A stretch of DNA of 64,000 nt, taken from Candidatus Multivoradales bacterium (lineage in GTDB: Bacteria > Acidobacteriota > Thermoanaerobaculia > Multivoradales > JAHEKO01). The DNA is taken from assembly GCA_965223855.1 (NCBI GenBank), contig CBDCXM010000009.1:2976001-3040000 (forward strand). The letters run 5' to 3'. The position numbers and the translations under genes are program-made. Position 1 is the stretch's first letter. Each line of letters begins with the position of its first letter. Shown here one piece after another: positions 55,679 to 64,000 of the stretch. The notes beneath the pieces were generated by a model. That model saw only the letters and a list, made by a program, of their open reading frames with translations, did no database searches and had not been told where the DNA came from.

Positions 55679-58192
55679 TTGATCTCGAGGTACTCCGTCC
55701 TGACAGTCCTTCTCACCAGCGTCGCCCTGGCCGCCTGCTCCGGCCTCGCTCCGACCGGGAACCCGAGCTCCGAAGCCGCCGAAGAATCGTCGGACTGGGG
55801 TGACGCTCTCGACGGCTTCGAGCGGCGGTCGGGGTTGCTCGATGTCCACGTCCACCCGAAGAAGGGGAGCGTGCTGCTCGAGCTGCCTTCGCCGGGGGAG
55901 CGGGGGGTCGTCGGAACCTACCTCTATGTCGAGGGGCTGACGACAGGGCTCGGTTCCAACCCCGTCGGACTCGATCGCGGCCAGCTGGGGGAGACCCGGG
56001 TGGTGGAGCTGAGGCGGATCGGCAGCCGCCTCCTGATCGAGGCGCCCAACCTTCGGTTCCGCGCGCTGAGCGACAACGCCGCGGAGGTACGAGCGACCAG
56101 GGAGGCCTTTGCGACCTCGGTGCTCTGGGCCGGCGAGGTTCTGGAGACCGCCGAGGACGGGCGAAGCCTCGTCGACATCACCAGTTTCGTCGTGCGCGAC
56201 GCTCATGACGTCGTCGCCACCCTGGCGGCGACCGGCCAGGGCTCCTACCGGCTTGACGCGGATCGCAGCATGCTCGACCCCGGGGCCGTGCTCGCCTTTC
56301 CGGACAACCTCGAGTTCGAGGCACTGCTCACCTTCGCCGGAGACGGCAGCGGCGGCTTCGTTCAGGCGACCGCTCCGATGGCCCAGGCGATCACGCTCAG
56401 GCAGCACCATTCCCTGATCCGACTGCCGGACGACGGCTACCACCCCCGGCGCTTCGACCCGAGGATGGGATCGTTCGCGATCTCGTTCAGCGACTATGCG
56501 ACGCCCTTGGGAGAGCCGATTCAGGAGCAGTGGATCGTGAGACATCGCCTCGAGCGGACCGATCCCGAGGCGGAGTCGTCGGCCGCGGTCGAGCCGATCG
56601 TCTACTACGTCGACTCCGGCGCACCGGAACCGATTCGCTCGGCTCTGATCGAGGGCGCCACGTGGTGGGCAGAGGCGTTCGAAGCCGCAGGGTTCGAGGA
56701 CGCCTTCCGCGTCGAGCTGCTGCCGGAAGGCGCCCATCCCCTCGACGTGAGGTACAACGTCATCCAGTGGGTGCATCGCTCGACCCGTGGATGGTCCTAC
56801 GGCGGAGGGGTGATCGATCCCCGCACCGGAGAAATGATCAAGGGGCACGTCACCCTCGGTTCGCTGCGGGTGCGTCAGGACATCCTCCTCTTCGAGGGAC
56901 TGACCGGGGTGGAAGCGACCGGCAACGGCGGTCCTCAGGATCCGATCGAAGCGGCGCTGGCGCGGATCCGGCAGCTCTCGGCGCACGAGGTCGGCCACAC
57001 TCTCGGCTTCGCGCACAACTTCGCCGCCAGCACCTACGGCCGAGCCAGCGTGATGGACTACCCGGCGCCTTTTCTGCGGGTCGTCGACGGCAGGGTCGAT
57101 CTCTCGGACGCCTACGACGTCGGCATCGGCGCGTGGGATCGGCACGCGGCCGACTTCGCCTACCGGGACTTTCCGGACGGGACGGACGAGGATGCCGGCC
57201 TGGCCGCCATCGTCGAGCGGGGCCTCGACGAGGGGATGCTCTTCCTCAGCGACGCCGATGCGCGGCCTGAAGGAGCGGCACAGCCGAAGGCCGGGCTCTG
57301 GGACAACGGCTCCGATTCCGTCGCCGCTCTCGCGCAGACCATGGAAGTGCGAGGCGTCGGCCTGGAGGCCTTCGGGGCGAGCCGCATTGCCACTGGCCGG
57401 CCGATGGCCGCCCTCGAGGAGGTGTTCGCGCCCCTCTACTTTCATCATCGCTACCAGCTGGGCGTGACCGCCAAGCAGGTCGGTGGCGTCGACTATCGCT
57501 ACAAGGTCGCGGGCGACGACCAGCCGCTGCCGCAGCCGGTTTCACCCGAGGTCCAGCACGCCGCCCTGGCGACGCTGGCGGCGACGCTGTCGCCCGAGGC
57601 TCTCGAGGTTCCGGCCAACGCCCTGGCGGTCCTTCATCCCCGCAGTTTCGGGCTCTGGTCCAACCGCGAGCTGTTCGCCGGCGCAACCGATCCGCTGTTC
57701 GACCCGGTCGCGGCGGGTGCTACGGCGGCCGACCTGACCGTCCGGTCGTTGCTCGCACCCGAGCGTCTCAACCGCGTCGCCCAGCAACACGCCGCCGACG
57801 GGGCCCAGCCGGGAGTGGGTGGAGTCCTCGCGGCGCTGGCCGACTCGCTCAACGCTCACGAACGGACTACGCCGCTGGGTGCCGCGGTGCGAGGCGTCTG
57901 GGTCGAAGGGTTGATGCGCGCCGCCTCCTCGCCGGCGACCTCGGCCGCGGTCCGCAGTGAGCTCGAACGGGAGCTGGAGCGTTTCCAGGCGTCGCCGGAA
58001 GCCTCGCCGCCGCTCGCGCGCCGGATCGCGCGTTTCTGGGACCGTGCCCTGCCTCCTGCGGAGGCACCTGCAGCCGCCCTCGAGGCGCCCCCCGGGTCGC
58101 CGATCGGTGGTGGTCCTGCGATCGGCTCGCCGGCAGACTGGCTCGGTGGCTGCTCCCTCGACGCCGTCACCGCTGACATCGGAGCGCGGTAG
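55679..58192 (+). CDS. Zinc-dependent metalloprotease lipoprotein (Met-zincin, DUF5117/EcxA-like)
   Basis: GAGGAGG SD and TTG start; lipobox LAAC; HEVGHTLGFAH, SVMDY Met-turn, DPRTGE. Confidence 0.88.
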   Translation: MISRYSVLTVLLTSVALAACSGLAPTGNPSSEAAEESSDWGDALDGFERRSGLLDVHVHPKKGSVLLELPSPGERGVVGTYLYVEGLTTGLGSNPVGLDRGQLGETRVVELRRIGSRLLIEAPNLRFRALSDNAAEVRATREAFATSVLWAGEVLETAEDGRSLVDITSFVVRDAHDVVATLAATGQGSYRLDADRSMLDPGAVLAFPDNLEFEALLTFAGDGSGGFVQATAPMAQAITLRQHHSLIRLPDDGYHPRRFDPRMGSFAISFSDYATPLGEPIQEQWIVRHRLERTDPEAESSAAVEPIVYYVDSGAPEPIRSALIEGATWWAEAFEAAGFEDAFRVELLPEGAHPLDVRYNVIQWVHRSTRGWSYGGGVIDPRTGEMIKGHVTLGSLRVRQDILLFEGLTGVEATGNGGPQDPIEAALARIRQLSAHEVGHTLGFAHNFAASTYGRASVMDYPAPFLRVVDGRVDLSDAYDVGIGAWDRHAADFAYRDFPDGTDEDAGLAAIVERGLDEGMLFLSDADARPEGAAQPKAGLWDNGSDSVAALAQTMEVRGVGLEAFGASRIATGRPMAALEEVFAPLYFHHRYQLGVTAKQVGGVDYRYKVAGDDQPLPQPVSPEVQHAALATLAATLSPEALEVPANALAVLHPRSFGLWSNRELFAGATDPLFDPVAAGATAADLTVRSLLAPERLNRVAQQHAADGAQPGVGGVLAALADSLNAHERTTPLGAAVRGVWVEGLMRAASSPATSAAVRSELERELERFQASPEASPPLARRIARFWDRALPPAEAPAAALEAPPGSPIGGGPAIGSPADWLGGCSLDAVTADIGAR

Positions 58193-60147
58193 TGGCTTCG
58201 GACGGCCTCGACCGCACGGCCTACGAGCCGATCCCGGAGGGGGAGCAGTACGAGCCCTTCGTGTCACACGCCGAGAGCCCGCCCGAGTTCACTCTCAAGG
58301 CGGTCCTTGCCGGGATCCTGTTCGGGATCGTCTTCGGCGCCGCCAACGCCTACCTCGGCCTCAAGGTCGGGCTGACGATCTCGACCTCGATCCCGGTCGC
58401 GGTGATCACCGTGGCGACCTTCCGCCTGCTGGCGAAGAGCGGTGTAGAGAACTCGATCCTCGAAGCGAACCTGTCGCAGACGGTCGGCTCGGCGTCGAGT
58501 TCGGTGGCGAGCGGAGTGATCTTCACCCTGCCGGCGCTCTTCCTGTGGGGCCTCGACCCGACGCTCCTCCAGATGACCCTGCTGGCGATGTGCGGCGGCC
58601 TGCTGGGAGTGCTATTCATGATCCCACTGCGCCGGTTTCTCATCGCCCGGGAGCACGGCCGGCTCCCGTACCCGGAAGGGACGGCGTGCGCCGAGGTGCT
58701 GGTCGCGAGCCAGGTCGGCGGCGGCAGGGCGAGCAACGTCTTCCGCGGGCTGGCGATGGGAGCCGGCTTCAAGCTGCTCGTCGACTGGCTCAAGCTCTTC
58801 CCGGGAGAGCTCACGGCGAAGGTCCCGTTCCTCAAGAAGGGCCAGCTCGGCCTCGAGAATTCGGCGGCGCTCTTCGGCGTCGGCTACATCCTCGGGCCCC
58901 GCATCGGCGCGATCATGGTGGGAGGCGGGCTGCTGTCGTGGCTCGTGATCATCCCGCTGATCGCCTGGTGGGGAGAGGGACAGACCGCCCCGTTCTACCC
59001 CGAGACCACGCTGACCATCAGCGAGATGAGCCCCGGGCTGCTGTGGACCCGCTACGTCCGCTACATCGGTGCAGGGGCGGTAGCGGCAGGCGGGCTGATC
59101 ACCCTCGTCCGCAGCCTGCCGACCATGATCGAAAGCTTCCGGGTCGGGGCTCGCCAGCTGCGGCGCCGGCTTGCAGGGGACGATGCAGCCGAGAAGCGCA
59201 CCGAGAGCGACCTCTCCCTGAGGGTCGTCGGGATCGGAGTGCTCGTCCTCGCCGCCGTGATGACGCTCGTGCCGGACGTCTTCGCCGCGCTCGAAAGCAC
59301 AGCGGGCCGACTGCTGGCGGCGGTCCTGGTGGTGATCGCCGCCTTCTTCTTCGTCACCGTTTCCTCGCGCATCGTCGGCATGGTCGGAGTGACCTCCAAC
59401 CCGACCTCCGGCATGACGATCGCGACCCTGCTCGCCACGTCGAGCATCTTCCTCGTCCTCGGCTGGACCGGCGACATGGGGAAGGCGGCGGCGCTGACCG
59501 TCGGCTGCGTCGTCGCCATCGCGGCTTCGATCGCCGGAGATACCTCACAGGATCTCAAGACCGGCTTTCTGCTCGGTGCCACCCCTCGTCGCCAGCAGAT
59601 CGGCGAACTCGCCGGGGTGCTGACGTGCGCCGTCTTCGTCTGCCTCACCGTCCTCGCGCTGCACGAGTCCTATGGGTTCGGTACGAGCGAGATCCCCGCC
59701 CCGCAGGCGACGCTGATGAAGATCGTGATCGAGGGCGTCCTCGAGCAGTCGCTGCCATGGGGGCTGGTCGGCATCGGCGTCGTCATCGCCGTCGTCGCCG
59801 AGTTGTTCCGAATCCCGAGCCTCGCCTTCGCGGTCGGCGTCTATCTGCCCGTTTCGACGATGGTGCCGGTCTTCCTCGGCGGATGCATGCGTCACCTGGC
59901 GGAGAAGGGAGCGGGGGAGGGCGACGCCGCCTCGGTGCGCGAGCGGGGAGTGTTGTTCGGCTCCGGTCTCGTCGGTGGCGAGGGCCTGCTGGGCGTGGCG
60001 ATCGCTCTGGTGGCGGTGTTCCTGGGCCGCGCGCCCGCAAGCGTCGGGCACGAATGGGCCGGTGCCGGTGCGCAGTGGCTCGGTCTCGGCGCCTTCACCC
60101 TGCTGGCCGTCATCTTCTGGCGGGTCGTGCAGAGGTCCGAGCGTTGA
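58192..60147 (+). CDS. OPT family oligopeptide transporter
   Basis: [46 protein letters not shown]. Confidence 0.94.
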   Translation: MASDGLDRTAYEPIPEGEQYEPFVSHAESPPEFTLKAVLAGILFGIVFGAANAYLGLKVGLTISTSIPVAVITVATFRLLAKSGVENSILEANLSQTVGSASSSVASGVIFTLPALFLWGLDPTLLQMTLLAMCGGLLGVLFMIPLRRFLIAREHGRLPYPEGTACAEVLVASQVGGGRASNVFRGLAMGAGFKLLVDWLKLFPGELTAKVPFLKKGQLGLENSAALFGVGYILGPRIGAIMVGGGLLSWLVIIPLIAWWGEGQTAPFYPETTLTISEMSPGLLWTRYVRYIGAGAVAAGGLITLVRSLPTMIESFRVGARQLRRRLAGDDAAEKRTESDLSLRVVGIGVLVLAAVMTLVPDVFAALESTAGRLLAAVLVVIAAFFFVTVSSRIVGMVGVTSNPTSGMTIATLLATSSIFLVLGWTGDMGKAAALTVGCVVAIAASIAGDTSQDLKTGFLLGATPRRQQIGELAGVLTCAVFVCLTVLALHESYGFGTSEIPAPQATLMKIVIEGVLEQSLPWGLVGIGVVIAVVAELFRIPSLAFAVGVYLPVSTMVPVFLGGCMRHLAEKGAGEGDAASVRERGVLFGSGLVGGEGLLGVAIALVAVFLGRAPASVGHEWAGAGAQWLGLGAFTLLAVIFWRVVQRSER

Positions 60148-60166
60148 GCTGTCCGCGGCTCGGCCG

Positions 60167-60955
60167 GTGACTCCTCAGCGCCTTCTCAGGGCGTCCCTCG
60201 GGTTCGCCTGCCTGCTGGCAATGCTGCTGCTGGCGGCTCGCTGCCGGGCGGCCTCCGGCGAAGTGGAGAACCTCGTCGCAAGAGTCCTCGCCAGCTACCC
60301 GCACGACCCCGCGATCTACACCCAGGGGCTCCTGTTTCACGACGGTACGCTGTTCGAGAGCGGCGGTCAGTACGGTGAGTCGCGCCTGCGCGAGGTCGAG
60401 ATCTCGACCGGTCGGGTCCTCCGGGAGATCGAGCTGCGGGACGACCTCTTCGCCGAGGGGCTGGAGCGCGTCGGCCGGACGCTCTATCAGTTGACGTGGC
60501 GCGAGGGTCTGGTGCTGCGCCACGGACTGGATGACTTCGAGCCTCTGGTGGAGAGCCGCTACTCGGGGGAAGGGTGGGGGCTGTGCGGCGACGACACAGG
60601 CCTGTGGATGAGCGACGGCAGTGCGCGGCTCGTTCTCCGTGATCCGGCGACGTTCGCTTCGCTTCGCGAGTTCGAAGTCCACCTGAACGACCGCCCGGTC
60701 GATCGTCTGAACGAGCTCGAGTGCGCCGAAGGCTGGATCTACGCCAACGTCTACGGCAGCGAGCAGATCGTGCGGATCGATCCGGTCGACGGCAGGGTGA
60801 GCGCCGTCATCGACGCCTCGGGACTTCTCACCCCCTCGGAGCGCGAAGGGATCGACGTCTTCAATGGAATCGCCTACGACCCCCGGCGTGAGGTCTTCTA
60901 CGTCACCGGAAAGTACTGGCCCAGGCTGTTCGAAGTCGTCTTCGAGCCTCGCTAG
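60167..60955 (+). CDS. Glutaminyl-peptide cyclotransferase (type I, beta-propeller)
   Basis: GTG 60167 and signal peptide; YTQGL, FAEG, GEGWG, NELE, ANV, NGIA, GKYWP. Confidence 0.9.
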   Translation: MTPQRLLRASLGFACLLAMLLLAARCRAASGEVENLVARVLASYPHDPAIYTQGLLFHDGTLFESGGQYGESRLREVEISTGRVLREIELRDDLFAEGLERVGRTLYQLTWREGLVLRHGLDDFEPLVESRYSGEGWGLCGDDTGLWMSDGSARLVLRDPATFASLREFEVHLNDRPVDRLNELECAEGWIYANVYGSEQIVRIDPVDGRVSAVIDASGLLTPSEREGIDVFNGIAYDPRREVFYVTGKYWPRLFEVVFEPR

Positions 60956-60981
60956 CGCCGAGCCTCGCGGCCCGGCTGACC

Positions 60982-61530
60982 TCAGGCGCCCGCTTCGCTC
61001 GACGACAGCGCGGCGCCGCCGCCCGAGCCGGTGGGGGGCGTCGCTTCCGGCTTGCCCTCCTTGCCGGAGCCCTCCTTGGCGGACTTCGAGTGTGGAGCGT
61101 CCGCTCCCGCAGGCTTCGATTCGTGATGACCGGTCATCTCGACCCGGCCCTTGAAGAACGCTCCATCACCGATCACCATGCCGGGCGAGGAGACGTCTCC
61201 CTGAAGACTGCCGGTCGAGAGGATCTCGACGCTTTCACGGCCGCGAACGTTGCCCTCGACTTTGCCGGCGACACGTACCCGACGGGCCTGGATCTCGCCC
61301 CGCACGACGCCCTGTTCGCCGACGGAGACGTCTTCCTTGGGATGGATCTTGCCCTCGACGGTCCCCTCGATCATGACGTCGGTATCGCCGCTGATCTCGC
61401 CCACCAGCTTGGCGCCGGCGGCGATGAGGGTCGTCTTTCGCTGGGCGGAGCGGCTGCTCGTGGCCCGAGCGGGAGGAGTGCTGACGGAGGGAGTGGGTCG
61501 TTCGTCGGATTCGCGGCCAAACAGTGCCAT
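60982..61530 (-). CDS. Bactofilin (polymer-forming cytoskeletal protein)
   Basis: TLIAAGAKLVGEI..IEGTVEG..GKVEGNV..GAFFKG beta-helix with disordered tails. Confidence 0.92.
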   Translation of the reverse strand: MALFGRESDERPTPSVSTPPARATSSRSAQRKTTLIAAGAKLVGEISGDTDVMIEGTVEGKIHPKEDVSVGEQGVVRGEIQARRVRVAGKVEGNVRGRESVEILSTGSLQGDVSSPGMVIGDGAFFKGRVEMTGHHESKPAGADAPHSKSAKEGSGKEGKPEATPPTGSGGGAALSSSEAGA

Positions 61531-61604
61531 GTGAAACCCCTTGGTTCGGATTCCGGGCGACGCTTCGCAAGCTCGCGATCGTCGCAGGAATCAGCGTCGA
61601 GAGA

Positions 61605-61680
61605 TGGAGCGGGCAACGGGACTCGAACCCGCGACATCAAGCTTGGGAAGCTTGCACTCTACCAGCTGAGTTATGCCCGC
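61605..61680 (-). tRNA. tRNA-Gly (anticodon CCC)
   Basis: 76 nt on minus strand: GCGGGCA acceptor stem, CAAGC-TTCCCAA-GCTTG anticodon arm, GGTTCGAGT T-loop, encoded CCA. Confidence 0.97.
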
Positions 61681-61700
61681 TCAGCGGCCTTCGGCCGAAG

Positions 61701-61709
61701 AAAGTACCA
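61701..61709 (-). promoter_or_regulatory. Putative extended -10 (TGGTACTTT) for tRNA-Gly
   Basis: TGn-TAnnnT about 20 nt upstream of the tRNA 5' end. Confidence 0.4.
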
Positions 61710-61769
61710 CAGACCGATCGCGCCGAGAGGGCTCGGTACGCTCGCTCCCAGGCGCTATACTGATGCGGG

Positions 61770-62045
61770 ATGGCGAAGAACGAGACAGGCGTCGAGCTTC
61801 CCACGGTCTACTTCTTCCCCGAGCGCGACGTGACCGAGGACGAGGTGCGGCGCATGCTCCTCTCGAAGCTCCCCGGCGAGCGCGAAGAGGTGGTTTCGCA
61901 TCTGCTCCGCTACGCCGAGTGGGACGACATCTGGCGCTACGTCTCGCGGGATGAGGTGCGTTCCATCTTCGATCGCCTCGACCTTCCGGACTCGCTCCGA
62001 AAGGCGTGGGCGCGGATGCTGAAGATCGAGCCGGTCCTGTCCTGA
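61770..62045 (+). CDS. Small helical hypothetical protein (resembles antitoxin-like partners of AbiEii-type nucleotidyltransferases)
   Basis: Coding-like codon use; YFF..D...EVRRML....E...V.HLLRYA.WDDIWRYVS..EV...F pattern; TATACT 8 nt upstream. Confidence 0.7.
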   Translation: MAKNETGVELPTVYFFPERDVTEDEVRRMLLSKLPGEREEVVSHLLRYAEWDDIWRYVSRDEVRSIFDRLDLPDSLRKAWARMLKIEPVLS

Positions 62046-62372
62046 GGTCGAGCGGATGGAGGCCCACCGGCGGCCGTCCCTGGGACCCGAGTCGATCGGG
62101 CCCTACCGTCTTCGAGAAGGGCTCCGGGTAGGGCTGCAGGTCCCGCCTCCGCGGCAGCTGACGCCCGGTTTCGGCCCGACCGATAGCGCTCGCAGCGCCC
62201 GACCGAGGCTGCTCGAGATCGGCCTCGACCAGAACCGACCCCGGACCTGTTGCAGCCGCCCTCGACGCGGCGATCAGGATCCCCGCCCCCCTGGACGAGC
62301 TCCCGTCCAGGGACCGGTCGGATAGGTAGAACCTGAGGTTTCCCCGCACACTCCTGGCGGCCCGGCTCTCGG

Positions 62373-63377
62373 CTACTCCCGGACGATTGACGGATCCCTC
62401 GGAAGTTCGCCCCCGCCGAGAGCCCTCCACAGATCCCGCAGGTCCGCGGGTAGCGGAGCCGAGATCGCCAGCCGGCTGCCATCGGCGGGGTGCGACAACG
62501 ACAACTTCCAGGCATGGAGCGCCGGGCGCGGGAACGCCTGGAGGACGCCCCGCGTCGTCGCCGGAGCGCTGCGCGCCCGCTGGCCGGAGTAGAGCGAATC
62601 TCCCACCAGCGGATGGCCCAACGAGAGCAGGTGCACCCGGATCTGGTGGGTCCGGCCCGTCTCCAGATCGAGTTCCATCAGGGTGGCCCCGGGCACCCTG
62701 CCCAGCACCCGGTAGCGGGTACGGGCCGAGCGACCGTCGGAGCGCACCGCCATCCGCCGCCGATGCTTCGGGTGTCGCCCGATCGGCTCTTCGATGCGAC
62801 CGGCGTCCGGCCCGACCTCGCCGAGCGCGATCGCCAGATAGCTCTTGTGAACCTCGCGTTCTCCGAAGGCCTTCTGGAGGGCGAGGTAGCTCCGCTCGTT
62901 GCGGGCGATACAGACCGCACCGGTGGTGTCGAGATCGAGCCGGTGCACAATGCCCGGGCGATCGCGGCCGCCGACGGCAGCGATCTCGGGATAGCGGTGG
63001 AGCAATCGATGGGCGAGGGTGCCGGTGCGCCGGCCCGCGCCGGGATGCATGGCCAGCCCGGCCGGCTTGTCGATCACGACGACGTCGTCGTCCTCGTAGA
63101 GAAGCGACAGCGGCCCGTCCTCCGGCTCGACCTCTCCCGCCGCTTCCTTCGGGCTCGCGCGACAGATCACCTTCGCACCGGGCGAAAGCCGGAACGAAGC
63201 GCGGCGGGGTGTGCCGTCGACGGTCACAGCCTCGTCGCGAATCCACTGCTGCACCTGGTTTCGCGCGGCCTCCAGTCGGCCGGCGACCATCTGATCGAGG
63301 CGCAGGTCGCTCTCTTCCGAAGCGACGGTCCACTCGTGGATCGCGGGCTCTCCGGTCCCGGGGGCGGGCGCGCTCAC
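62373..63377 (-). CDS. rluD: RluA-family pseudouridine synthase (RluD-like)
   Basis: GTG 63377 with AAGGA SD; S4 domain RLD, DKPAG, HRLDLDTTG, TGRTHQIRVH, ALHA. Confidence 0.9.
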   Translation of the reverse strand: MSAPAPGTGEPAIHEWTVASEESDLRLDQMVAGRLEAARNQVQQWIRDEAVTVDGTPRRASFRLSPGAKVICRASPKEAAGEVEPEDGPLSLLYEDDDVVVIDKPAGLAMHPGAGRRTGTLAHRLLHRYPEIAAVGGRDRPGIVHRLDLDTTGAVCIARNERSYLALQKAFGEREVHKSYLAIALGEVGPDAGRIEEPIGRHPKHRRRMAVRSDGRSARTRYRVLGRVPGATLMELDLETGRTHQIRVHLLSLGHPLVGDSLYSGQRARSAPATTRGVLQAFPRPALHAWKLSLSHPADGSRLAISAPLPADLRDLWRALGGGELPRDPSIVRE

Positions 63378-63423
63378 GGGGTCGATCCTTCCGCCGGGGC
63401 CCTCCGACCCACCGCGCAACGCC

Positions 63424-63921
63424 TCAGGAAGCCGGGCTCTCTTCCGGCACGCGCCGGCGCTGCAGCAGGAGATCGAGGAGCATCAGCGAGATTCCGATGG
63501 TGATCGCGCTGTCGGCAACATTGAACGTGTGCCAGTGGTAGCTGCCGACATAGGCGTCGATGAAGTCGGTCACCGCCTTGTTGACGACCCGATCGATCAG
63601 GTTGCCGATCGCCCCCCCCAGAATCAGCGCCAACGCCCACAGCAGCAGCTTCTCCGACACCGGCGTCTGGCGGAAGTAGACGGCCACGACGACGATGGCG
63701 ACGACTCCCGCGGCAGCCAGGACCCACGGTCCCCAGTCGCCGAGCGAGCTGAAGAGGCCGAACGCGACTCCGCTGTTGCGGACATGAGTGAGGTTGAGGA
63801 ACCCCGGAATGACGGTCTCGACGGCATGCCGTGGCAGGTTGCGGACGATCCACACCTTGGACAGCAGATCGAGCGCACAGACCGCCGCCGCAAGGAGCAG
63901 AAGTCGGGGTTTGAGACCCAT
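63424..63921 (-). CDS. lspA: Lipoprotein signal peptidase II
   Basis: DLLSK, NSGVAFG, GAIGNLIDR, VTDFI, FNVADSAI. Confidence 0.97.
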   Translation of the reverse strand: MGLKPRLLLLAAAVCALDLLSKVWIVRNLPRHAVETVIPGFLNLTHVRNSGVAFGLFSSLGDWGPWVLAAAGVVAIVVVAVYFRQTPVSEKLLLWALALILGGAIGNLIDRVVNKAVTDFIDAYVGSYHWHTFNVADSAITIGISLMLLDLLLQRRRVPEESPAS

Positions 63922-64000
63922 CAGCTCTTCTCCAGCACTGCGACGGCGGCCGCCACGCCGGCGTCGTGGGTGATCGACAGGTGGATCCGTGTCACTCCGA
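63921..64000 (-). CDS. acpS: Holo-ACP synthase, 3' end only (partial)
   Basis: Minus strand reads GVTRIHLSITHDAGVAAAVAVLEKS*, the typical AcpS C-terminus; TGATG overlap with lspA. Confidence 0.75.
   Translation of the reverse strand, partial: GVTRIHLSITHDAGVAAAVAVLEKS

Noticed and set aside
53840-57448. 1202-aa minus-strand ORF
   Set aside because: Antisense shadow of the histidine kinase and metalloprotease; no recognisable domain
61605-61680. tRNA-Gly as an integration site for a genomic island
   Set aside because: No integrase, no duplicated tRNA 3' end seen in the window, and no compositional shift in the flanking genes
62056-62325. 89-aa ORF after the small hypothetical gene as its toxin partner
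   Set aside because: Atypical codon use, Arg/Pro-rich, no nucleotidyltransferase motif; the region is better explained by hairpins (e.g. 62289-62312)

Overview
High-GC bacterial chromosomal segment, mostly housekeeping. Gene content, Thr-type sulfatase-like lipoproteins and an IFEDGFESGD-tailed secreted protein suggest Acidobacteriota (Thermoanaerobaculia-like); this is an inference. Order: era(partial)-mgtE-recO-glyQ-glyS-ppdK-pdxH-sulfatase-like-mutL-rnc-asnS-EamA-acyl-CoA dehydrogenase-rimO-ribF-trxA-M24 peptidase-DoxX (+); guaB, secA, M23 peptidase, ZIP, NupC, S1/P1 nuclease, a receiver/dikinase-like fusion, gdhA, M20 amidohydrolase, sulfatase-like, mscS, DUF432-like (-); zincin, UbiA-family (+); GT-C (-); SGNH (+); comM (-); frameshifted hutH, hutU, very large orphan histidine kinase, Met-zincin, OPT, glutaminyl cyclase (+); bactofilin, tRNA-Gly(CCC) (-); small hypothetical (+); rluD, lspA, acpS(partial) (-). 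No integrase, transposase, CRISPR array or rRNA was seen. The best candidate for an undescribed system is the 980-aa protein just downstream of gdhA. It fuses a pseudo-receiver and an intact receiver domain to a PPDK/PEP-synthase ATP-grasp domain and a His-containing C-terminal domain, but has no pyruvate-binding barrel, so it may be a signal-gated dikinase of unknown substrate linked to glutamate dehydrogenase. Other points of note: a +1 frameshift at CCC-T in an otherwise intact hutH, a nuclease/nucleoside/zinc scavenging operon, a protease/OPT/glutaminyl-cyclase cluster, several likely leaderless genes, GTAG-REP-like motifs in long intergenic gaps, and an orphan antitoxin-like gene beside the tRNA.
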